Virus record (IMG/VR): IMGVR_UViG_3300032087_002150
Span: 87,661-151,660 of that record
Direction: 5' to 3' (one strand)
Length of the DNA: 64,000 nt
DNA from: a virus
The notes under the pieces are model-generated. The model saw only the letters and a list, made by a program, of their open reading frames with translations. It was not told where the DNA came from and did not search any database. A program made the position numbers and the translations under genes. Shown here piece by piece: positions 57,109 through 64,000 of the stretch. Position 1 is the first letter of the stretch, and every line of letters starts with the position of its first letter.

Positions 57109-59249
57109 ATTCTCCTTCCTCTATATGCTCCACGATGAGTTCTATCGCTCTTATCAGTTGGAGAAGGCATTGGACCAGCATTAATATTATTGTTGGTGAC
57201 ACTGTTACTTGTGTTACTTGGAGCATTAACAAGGGTTGCTGCTGCTTGCGCCGCATCTTCTTTTGCTCTTGCTGCCTTTTCGGTTTCCATACTTAAAACA
57301 TTGTCGCGAGCGATTGCCTCACCGCCACCAACATCATCGCCGAATCCAAAGAAACCTTTTACCTTGCCGAGCAGATTTGTAGCATCTTCTTTTAACTCGT
57401 CTGTTGCTGGCGCAAAGAAGTTATTGATTTTTTCTGCGATACTTTTTTCGTTTTCCCTGAGGAAGTCTTTCACTTGAGTTGGAGTGGCACCTGCATCAAT
57501 CATACGGCGAACCTTACCCATTACGATAGGACCAACCTCAAACTCTTCAAGGGAGTCCTCTAGTTCCTTGAACTCGTCAGTGGCAAGGTTATCAATCGAT
57601 TTATAGGTATCGAAACGCACCTTACCCTTACCTGTCATGTCATCGAATGAGGCGGTAACTCCTGTTTGAGTGGTAATATTTTCTGTTTGTCCAAGTTCGT
57701 TTACAACTTGTTGGTCCACGCTCTCTTTTGCATATGAGAATATGCTATCGTCCTCAATACCAGAAGCATTATCCGCAAATGTTTTCTGATAGTCATCTCC
57801 AGAAGATTCAGTAGTCACCGAAGTTTTACCTGCAAGCTGGGTAGTGCCTTCGTCAGGACGGAAAGGATAGAACGGACCAAACCCAACTGGACCGATAAAC
57901 GGAACATCAAACTCTACACGAGGAATACCTATCTCGGCGAACATATTCGTTAAAGTTTGTTGTATACCAGAAAAGTTAAACAGTCCAGCAAACCAATCTT
58001 TTAGAGAGCGGAGACCTTCTATCATCGGGTCCATCCACCAACTGTTTATTGACGCGATCTCGTCAATTAACGGATCAAACGCATTCATCGTACCGAACTC
58101 GAACGCACCTCCTTCTTCAGTTGGCATTTCACCCGTTGCTCTAGGAGCAGGTCCATCGCCAATAACCAATCCCCTCTTGCCAGTTTCTGGATTAACTTTA
58201 GTTGGAGCAGCAGGTGCGCTACCAATTACGCGACCACGCTTGCCAGGAACCTTTTGAGTTTGAGCATCTTGCTCTGCTCTAGATTCCTCATTTGCCATCG
58301 CAATTGCTTGACGCGGAGTGAAACCAAGGTCGGTAAATTTCTCTACTTGTTCTTTTGTCACTCCTTCATCGGCAATGTCAGGGTTGTCGCTTCTTTCAGG
58401 AACGTCACTTTCTAGGTCTTCAGGACCACCACGTTTGGCATCAGGAGGTGCTTCTGGTTCCTCGTCATCATCACCGCCGAACCAATTTAACGGATTAAGA
58501 TATTTTATCGCGTTCGATGCCCATTCTGTTAAACCATCCCAAAACTCTGAAAGAGCATTTTTCATACCATCAAGTGCTTCTGAGAAAGAGAATTCTGGGA
58601 AGAACTTTTTAATTGCTAGGAATGCTACTCCGATCGCAGCAGCAATGGCAAGTATAGGCAGGAGGATAGGAGCAAGAGCAGCAACTATTGGCGCCAGCAT
58701 GGCCATGAGAGCACTAAACATAGCAGTGATAGCAGGGACCACTGTTGTCATCACGAATCCAGCAACAGCACTTATCCCAGAGAATAACATACTACCCAAA
58801 GACAGCATACCAGTTTTTAGCAAACCAAGAACTTTAACAGTCTTACCTGCCCACATACCTGCTGTGTTAGTGAAGTCCTCTATTGCGGAAAAGATGCCTC
58901 CGAATAGATCTTCTTCTTGACCTTTCAAGAAACCAGATTTAAATTCTGTTTTTAATTTTTCAGTTCTTGATGGTTTGTCGTCACCGTCACCACCATCTTT
59001 CTCATCGCGACCTTTTAGTTTTTCGCGAGTGTCAGCATCTTTTTTCTCTTTTTCGTAGATACTCTTATCAGCATTGATTAGGTCAGCAAATCCTTGCGTC
59101 AACGCAGCGGGAACGGTGTTCATGAACGTGAGTAATACCTCTGACAACTGACTCAGATTATCGTTGATCTCAAAATTAGATTCTAAAGTAAGTTCTGAAA
59201 AAGTGTTCAGTTCTTTTAGTTCTGCTACGACTGACTCTAAAGATGCCAT
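57105..59249 (-). CDS. putative tape measure protein (gp29-like)
   Basis: Long helical protein with a hydrophobic Ala/Ile/Leu segment, downstream of gp26/gp51, with its own late promoter. Confidence 0.6.
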   Translation of the reverse strand: MASLESVVAELKELNTFSELTLESNFEINDNLSQLSEVLLTFMNTVPAALTQGFADLINADKSIYEKEKKDADTREKLKGRDEKDGGDGDDKPSRTEKLKTEFKSGFLKGQEEDLFGGIFSAIEDFTNTAGMWAGKTVKVLGLLKTGMLSLGSMLFSGISAVAGFVMTTVVPAITAMFSALMAMLAPIVAALAPILLPILAIAAAIGVAFLAIKKFFPEFSFSEALDGMKNALSEFWDGLTEWASNAIKYLNPLNWFGGDDDEEPEAPPDAKRGGPEDLESDVPERSDNPDIADEGVTKEQVEKFTDLGFTPRQAIAMANEESRAEQDAQTQKVPGKRGRVIGSAPAAPTKVNPETGKRGLVIGDGPAPRATGEMPTEEGGAFEFGTMNAFDPLIDEIASINSWWMDPMIEGLRSLKDWFAGLFNFSGIQQTLTNMFAEIGIPRVEFDVPFIGPVGFGPFYPFRPDEGTTQLAGKTSVTTESSGDDYQKTFADNASGIEDDSIFSYAKESVDQQVVNELGQTENITTQTGVTASFDDMTGKGKVRFDTYKSIDNLATDEFKELEDSLEEFEVGPIVMGKVRRMIDAGATPTQVKDFLRENEKSIAEKINNFFAPATDELKEDATNLLGKVKGFFGFGDDVGGGEAIARDNVLSMETEKAARAKEDAAQAAATLVNAPSNTSNSVTNNNINAGPMPSPTDKSDRTHRGAYRGRRI

Positions 59250-59278
59250 TTGTTATTCTCAGTTTAGGCGATATTGTT

Positions 59279-59286
59279 TATTTATA
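59279..59286 (-). promoter_or_regulatory. late promoter TATAAATA for the tape measure gene
   Basis: Exact consensus, intergenic. Confidence 0.75.
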
Positions 59287-59481
59287 TCACATCCTCGCGA
59301 GTTTTCTCTGCTCTGCTTTTTCGTTTTGTTCTTTGATGTACTCAGTGAGGAGGGTTATGTAGATCTCCCTCTCCCAAGGTAACATATGCTCTAGTTCAGT
59401 TAGCGAATAATTATGATGTTGCATCAGAGCGAAGTTGGTCTTATAATGGTTTATAAGACTGTCATGAGAGAGGGTAATCAG
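59287..59481 (-). CDS. gp51-like baseplate/tail assembly protein; 64-codon frame, first ATG at 59424 (45 aa)
   Basis: Not in the ORF track. LITLSHDSLINHYKTNFALMQHHNYSLTELEHMLPWEREIY... in the -1 frame relative to gp26. Confidence 0.8.
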   Translation of the reverse strand: MITLSHDSLINHYKTNFALMQHHNYSLTELEHMLPWEREIYITLLTEYIKEQNEKAEQRKLARM

Positions 59482-60209
59482 AAAAAATCAGTCAACCCTT
59501 TTAGTTCTAGTTCGTTCTCTGCGCCGCACTTAATACAATTAAACTGGGCAAGGTGAGTAAGTGCTGGAACATTCTGTAAGAATTCAGTAATTTTTTCCAA
59601 CTGACTCGCTGTCATAGATTGTATAAACTCTACGATCTCAGACATTTCTTGCGATTCACAATCAATCCTTTCTTCTTCGGTAATAACAGCAGCAATAGAT
59701 CTGGCGATAACTTCTAAGGCAGCGTTGACGTCCTTTTCAGCATTTTGGACATCACCTTCCATGAGAGACCCATAAGAAGGATATTGCATTTCTACTGAAA
59801 TATGATCAGTGATAGGTATGATATTATTGCCTTTGGGAACGTCAATATGCAATTGTTCGAGATTGATGACATACTCGTTTCTCATCTTGCATTTTTCTTC
59901 TTTACAGGTCATGATGATTGTTGAGGTTTCGCCTACTGACTTTGATCTAAGTTGCGTGAACATGTACTCGATATCAAATGTAGCGAGTTTGTTCATATCA
60001 ACATTTTCTGACGGGTCTAGGCAAGAAACAATCGTATCGGTCATTGCTTCAAGGCAAGTCTGTGGATCTTGAGACTCAAATGCCTGAAGTAAGATTTTTT
60101 CTTCTTTGACGAGGTAGGGTCTGTATTTAACTCGACGCCCTGTGGAGGGAATCTCCATAGTAAAATTCAGCGTCTCATTAACGCGTGGTAATGCCATAAT
60201 ATTCTCCAA
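59478..60209 (-). CDS. gp26: baseplate hub assembly protein (T4 gp26/gp51 family)
   Basis: MALP, YRPYLVKEEKILL, FDIEYMFTQLRSKSVGE, CxxC, GLTDFF. Confidence 0.9.
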   Translation of the reverse strand: MENIMALPRVNETLNFTMEIPSTGRRVKYRPYLVKEEKILLQAFESQDPQTCLEAMTDTIVSCLDPSENVDMNKLATFDIEYMFTQLRSKSVGETSTIIMTCKEEKCKMRNEYVINLEQLHIDVPKGNNIIPITDHISVEMQYPSYGSLMEGDVQNAEKDVNAALEVIARSIAAVITEEERIDCESQEMSEIVEFIQSMTASQLEKITEFLQNVPALTHLAQFNCIKCGAENELELKGLTDFF

Positions 60210-60223
60210 TAATATTAGGTGTT

Positions 60224-60772
60224 TTATTGAACCTCAAGTTGACTATATTGTAAGGTGACAGTCAATTCACCCACAGCACCAACTGCTTGATTGTTTAACT
60301 CAATTTCGTTAATACTTAACGGGAAACAATTTAGGATCTTTGCCGAGTAGATATCATTTCCCTGCCTATCTTGTTGCTTCACAGTAATCGGATGAACATA
60401 ATTGTCATAAAATCCAGCAGTATATGGCGCAGTAGGATTAATACAAAGATCCATCCATCCTTGAAAGTATTTTCTTGCGCTATACGTGTGCGTCAAATAA
60501 AATGTCATGGACAATACATCGACGTTATACCCAGAGGCAACCTTTATAGGTTCCATCCCAAGTTGTCGGTCCAAGGTGTTTAATGATTTCCCTGGGATTC
60601 TCACTGCTGTGCACAATTCGCTGAGTGATGTGGCGAGAGCAGCAACATCTACTGCTTCTCCACCAGGAGTAGAACCAGAAATTGGGGGCATCTCAACCAT
60701 CCACCTATTGGTGTATGCTGGTCCTTGTTCTGCTTCAAATCTTCCTCTAAGAGTATCTGTACTAAAACTCAT
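60224..60772 (-). CDS. tail tube initiator (gp54-like, gp19 paralog)
   Basis: Tube-fold pattern: IPGK, YFQGWMD, NCFPLSI. Confidence 0.7.
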   Translation of the reverse strand: MSFSTDTLRGRFEAEQGPAYTNRWMVEMPPISGSTPGGEAVDVAALATSLSELCTAVRIPGKSLNTLDRQLGMEPIKVASGYNVDVLSMTFYLTHTYSARKYFQGWMDLCINPTAPYTAGFYDNYVHPITVKQQDRQGNDIYSAKILNCFPLSINEIELNNQAVGAVGELTVTLQYSQLEVQ

Positions 60773-61374
60773 TATCGTTTCCTGGCAATCTCTCTACTGT
60801 CTTTAAACACTCTTCCTTCACCTGCTTTTCGCCAAGAGGCGAGCGGTAGATGTACAGCAACTTCCCATTCAGGGGCAGGAACATTTGCTATCCTGCCATA
60901 AATCTGATCATATCTATATCTTTTTATACACGCTTTGTGTGCGCGCAATTGAGTTCTGGATTTCAAATAATCATAATCTATCTTCAGATATGTATTCCAT
61001 CTAAACTCAGTATTACTTGCTCTTGACAGTAGATTGTAGAACAACCTTTGTCTCAGGTCTATCGGAAGGTAATGAAGATTCAATCCAGTGAATCCTTCCT
61101 TTTGCCTGCTTATCATGATAACAAGGGGGAATCTATCATAGTATGGTAGTTCCTGTTTCCCAACAGGGTTATATCTAAACAAATACATTCTACCAATAAA
61201 TTGATTCGCCGCCATTTTTATAGGAGGATTCCTAATAATACTCTGGCGATCTACTGGTAGTTTGTTTATCTCCCTGATTCTGTCGTAAAACCATTCCTGA
61301 GAAAGTTTAGTATTGGACTCAATACCTTCTTCCTCGAGAAGATCCTTATATTTTTCGAACAGGTTTTCATCCAT
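60772..61374 (-). CDS. gp2: DNA end protector protein
   Basis: LPYYDRFPL, GLNLHYLP, CIKRY. Confidence 0.93.
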   Translation of the reverse strand: MDENLFEKYKDLLEEEGIESNTKLSQEWFYDRIREINKLPVDRQSIIRNPPIKMAANQFIGRMYLFRYNPVGKQELPYYDRFPLVIMISRQKEGFTGLNLHYLPIDLRQRLFYNLLSRASNTEFRWNTYLKIDYDYLKSRTQLRAHKACIKRYRYDQIYGRIANVPAPEWEVAVHLPLASWRKAGEGRVFKDSREIARKR

Positions 61375-61380
61375 ACGAAG

Positions 61381-61395
61381 TATTTATACTAAATA
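61381..61395. promoter_or_regulatory. back-to-back late promoters (TATAAATA on -, CTAAATA on +)
   Basis: TATTTATACTAAATA in a 26-bp divergent spacer. Confidence 0.65.
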
Positions 61396-61400
61396 CTTAC

Positions 61401-61664
61401 ATGAAAATACATAAGAAAATCGCTGAGTGGATCAAGTCGCTATTCATAGACCGTTATGAGATAACGATCTACTTCCCAGGACCTGTAACTGAAAATCCAG
61501 ATGGCACAAAAGTCGCTGGGAGCAACCCAAAGACTTTTATATGTAAGAAAAAACCAGTTGTAGTGAAAGGTGAATGCGAGTTCAAGTTTACAACTGTAGA
61601 AAAGAAAGTCTACAAGATCAAGACTGTCAACCCAGTTGGGTTTGATATTGTTAAGGTAAAATAA
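61401..61664 (+). CDS. hypothetical protein
   Basis: ORF divergent from gp2, preceded by CTAAATA and ending at the gp32 terminator. Confidence 0.6.
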   Translation: MKIHKKIAEWIKSLFIDRYEITIYFPGPVTENPDGTKVAGSNPKTFICKKKPVVVKGECEFKFTTVEKKVYKIKTVNPVGFDIVKVK

Positions 61665-61685
61665 AAAAGGGCACCGAAGTGCCCC
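61663..61685 (-). terminator. intrinsic terminator after gp32
   Basis: Minus strand GGGCAC-TTCG-GTGCCC-TTTTTT. Confidence 0.88.
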
Positions 61686-61698
61686 GAGCTTCCCAAGT

Positions 61699-62607
61699 TT
61701 AATCAGCGTTCGCCAATTTCTGGAAGTAAGAGAAAGCATCCTCGTCGCCATCATCACTCGCTTCTTCAGCAGTGGCAGCGGCACTAACCTTAATCTCTGG
61801 AGCAGAAGCAACTGGAGCAGGTGCTGGTTCAGCAACTGTGTCCACTGCTGCTTCTTGCTGAGGGGTGTTAGCAGTCGCCCCCAAGACTTCGTTCAACTTC
61901 GCTTGGAGTTGATCATAGGTCTTGTAGGTGCTTGGGTCAACGAAAGTAGAAATATCATGCAGAGAGTTAACTGCTGCCTGAAGTTGTACTTCATCGCCCT
62001 CAAACAACGGAGCAGGTGCTTTAAACTCAGAACGATCATAGTTACGATACCCTTCAACGTTGCGGATCTTCAGTTGGAAGTCAGCACCGTTCCACAGATC
62101 AAAAGGATCAACAGGAGTTTCTCCAGGAAACTGTGGTTGCATCAGGTCTTGGATCTTGTCAAAGATCTTTTTACCGAACTGATACATGAAGACTTTGCCT
62201 TCATTCTCAGGCGCAGCAGGATCTGAGATAACCAAAATGTTTGTTACATAATGGAGACGTCGCTTCTGCTTACGAACCTGTTCACGATCTTCCTCATTGC
62301 CAGAGTTCCACAACTTGGAGTTGTACTCGCCGAGAGGATCTTGCTGACCGAGCGAGGTCAGAGACTTCTCGATGTACCACTTACCAGTTGGTCCCTTGAA
62401 CCCATGGTCCCAGTAGCGAACCCATGGTACTTCATTTTCGGAAGGAAGGAATCGAATGACTGCGTAACCATTGCCTGCCTTATCGACAGTTGGTTTCCAC
62501 ATATTGGTATCTTCGGAACGTTCGGTAGAACCACCAGTTGCTTCTTGAGCAGCAGCAACCAGTTTATTGATGTCGTATCGACGTGATTTTAATGCGTTTA
62601 AGTCCAT
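61699..62607 (-). CDS. gp32: single-stranded DNA-binding protein
   Basis: GNGYAVIRFLP, GKKIFDKI, YRNYDRSEF, acidic tail ending SYFQKLA. Confidence 0.97.
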   Translation of the reverse strand: MDLNALKSRRYDINKLVAAAQEATGGSTERSEDTNMWKPTVDKAGNGYAVIRFLPSENEVPWVRYWDHGFKGPTGKWYIEKSLTSLGQQDPLGEYNSKLWNSGNEEDREQVRKQKRRLHYVTNILVISDPAAPENEGKVFMYQFGKKIFDKIQDLMQPQFPGETPVDPFDLWNGADFQLKIRNVEGYRNYDRSEFKAPAPLFEGDEVQLQAAVNSLHDISTFVDPSTYKTYDQLQAKLNEVLGATANTPQQEAAVDTVAEPAPAPVASAPEIKVSAAATAEEASDDGDEDAFSYFQKLANAD

Positions 62608-62677
62608 GTGTATTTTCCTTGTATGTCTGAAATGTACAGTGTATTCAAAGTATGTTGAGCAATATAACGCTCAACCA

Positions 62678-62685
62678 TATTTATA
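62678..62685 (-). promoter_or_regulatory. late promoter TATAAATA for gp32
   Basis: Exact consensus, intergenic. Confidence 0.7.
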
Positions 62686-62709
62686 TCATACTGGATTTTG
62701 AGCAGAATG

Positions 62710-63306
62710 TCAAGCACTTTTTGGGAAGTTCATTAAGGATCTAACTCCCTTCTTACCTGCCCAACTAATCAGGATGACCCTTTTACCTTTCTTGACTTCG
62801 GTTGCTTCGTGTTGAAACCAAGCAGGGAACATTATAGTTTCGAATGGTTCTAGATCAACTTCGATTTCAATATCTGTAGTTGGCAACCAAACTTTCAGTT
62901 TCCCGCCTTCAAGGTCATCAGATTTTTCTATCATGGTGACGCAGGTAAAGTACCTATTATGCGCCGAACCTTCGGGATTATCGTCGCGGTGCTTTTTAAA
63001 TTGTTGCCCAGGAAAATATCTCACCCACTCAAACTGCGCCCACCAAAGATCTTCCGATGCTTCGGGATACCATTCTCTAAACATCTCATCAATGGTAAGA
63101 CTAACATCAAACAATCTTTTGTAGTCTATAGGCAGGTGATAGCAACTTCTATTGTGACTTGTAGATTCCCCATCTTTTTCATTATAGACCTTTGCCCTGA
63201 AGACTTGGGATTCATCTGCCTGCCACTTCTCTAAGAGAAACTCTTTTTGTTCTTCGTCAAAAATGAAATCCCGTACAAAGGGATCAGTCAATGGGTAGTT
63301 GTCCAT
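62710..63306 (-). CDS. 2OG-Fe(II) oxygenase (prolyl 4-hydroxylase-like)
   Basis: FKKHRDD, LEGGKL, FPAWFQHEATEVKKGKR. Confidence 0.85.
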   Translation of the reverse strand: MDNYPLTDPFVRDFIFDEEQKEFLLEKWQADESQVFRAKVYNEKDGESTSHNRSCYHLPIDYKRLFDVSLTIDEMFREWYPEASEDLWWAQFEWVRYFPGQQFKKHRDDNPEGSAHNRYFTCVTMIEKSDDLEGGKLKVWLPTTDIEIEVDLEPFETIMFPAWFQHEATEVKKGKRVILISWAGKKGVRSLMNFPKSA

Positions 63307-63535
63307 TTTTTTCCAAGAAGTTTAAATCCATCGCCTCAGATTCAATTTTCTGTTTCAACGAGACGGAAACATACTTTCGAGAATCTTCTATTTCGATTCC
63401 ATTCTCTTCACAAGCATAGATGACCGCATCAATGTAAGGCATCTTTTTAGACATTACTATGTCTTCAACCAACTTACCGAATTTGGTTTTGGTCATAAAC
63501 TCAAGAGTATCAACAATCTCTTCTTCAGTCATCAT
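63284..63535 (-). CDS. gp33: late transcription coactivator
   Basis: YIDAV..CEENGIEIE...LKQKIESEAMDLNFL. Confidence 0.9.
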   Translation of the reverse strand: MMTEEEIVDTLEFMTKTKFGKLVEDIVMSKKMPYIDAVIYACEENGIEIEDSRKYVSVSLKQKIESEAMDLNFLEKNGQLPID

Positions 63536-63695
63536 GAGTCTCCTCCGACTCAGTTTCTTTCTCTAATGAGACAGGGGATGCCTCTTCCTTCAGCGCATCA
63601 ATCAACTGATGCACTTCAGAGAAAGGTTTTGATGCAAGGTATTCTACAACCCTGTTAAACAGTATTGGAGGAACTGCTATGTATTGTTCGCTCAT
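63525..63695 (-). CDS. small hypothetical protein (start revised to ATG 63695)
   Basis: MSEQYIAVPP... with an ATGA overlap to the upstream ORF stop. Confidence 0.6.
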   Translation of the reverse strand: MSEQYIAVPPILFNRVVEYLASKPFSEVHQLIDALKEEASPVSLEKETESEETHDD

Positions 63696-64000
63696 GCCCT
63701 TTGCTCCTTCGCAAGTTCTTTCGTCCAAGTCATTCCAATATCAGGATAGAACACTCCGACATCTCTTTTCACGTTGCCATTTTTATCATATGCCAACGCA
63801 TAACACACCCATTCCATATCGCTTTCTCGGGCAGCGCCATATTTATTGTCGCACCAAACACCGTCGCGAATCCAGATACCAAGGTTCTTTACATACGTTT
63901 CAGCAATTTGAAACTCTTGTCTTTGTTTACTATCCTTGCTATCTTTTTGATGACGGATACTTTTAACTTTGTCGCGCCAAACTTTTAGTTGCTCCTTTAC
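63692..64000 (-). CDS. hypothetical protein, C-terminal part (starts outside window)
   Basis: Open frame of 102 codons, VKEQLKVWRDK...VFYPDIGMTWTKELAKEQRA. Confidence 0.7.
   Translation of the reverse strand, partial: VKEQLKVWRDKVKSIRHQKDSKDSKQRQEFQIAETYVKNLGIWIRDGVWCDNKYGAARESDMEWVCYALAYDKNGNVKRDVGVFYPDIGMTWTKELAKEQRA

Noticed and set aside
58318-58920. 200-aa plus-strand ORF
   Set aside because: It is fully antisense to the tape-measure candidate and has no recognisable motif.
59287-59481. gp26/gp51 junction as a sequencing error or pseudogene
   Set aside because: gp26 ends at its family-typical FF terminus and both frames are intact. A homopolymer error cannot be formally excluded without reads.
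61440-61835. 131-aa minus-strand ORF
   Set aside because: It overlaps gp32 out of frame and crosses its terminator.
63665-63988. Two plus-strand ORFs at the right edge
   Set aside because: They are antisense to an open minus-strand frame that fits the operon with an ATGA overlap.
1-64000. tRNA, rRNA or alternative genetic code
   Set aside because: Intergenic gaps are short and explained by promoters and terminators. No cloverleaf was noticed by eye, and core genes translate full-length with the standard code.

Overview
A 64 kb segment of a T4-like myovirus (Tevenvirinae/Kyanoviridae-type gene order, similar to marine T4-like phages). The host cannot be determined from this window. Almost all genes are on the minus strand. 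In transcription order they are: gp33, gp32, gp2, the tail and baseplate module (gp54-like, gp26, gp51-like, tape measure, gp4 on +, gp48, gp53, gp27, a gp5 locus split over four genes, gp25, gp6, gp7, gp9-like, gp8, a DUF4815/VrlC-like giant protein), a fibre/accessory block, neck, terminase, sheath, tube and head genes (gp13-gp23), gp3, uvsY, uvsW, gp55, gp47, gp46, and a TET/JBP-family dioxygenase plus cytidylyltransferase at the left edge. Main observations: (1) Asp-Ser dipeptides are strongly enriched in likely surface-exposed virion proteins, and a phage GT-A glycosyltransferase sits among the structural genes, suggesting a virion-wide modification system. (2) Two paralogous fibres carry a repeat region that is symmetric around a central PFE motif. 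(3) There is a candidate programmed -1 frameshift from gp26 into a gp51-like ORF directly upstream of the tape measure gene. (4) The gp5 locus appears to have replaced its muralytic enzyme. (5) The TET-like enzyme ends in a sliding-clamp-binding-like tail. All calls come from motif recognition and synteny, and counts were done by hand. No database searches were run.
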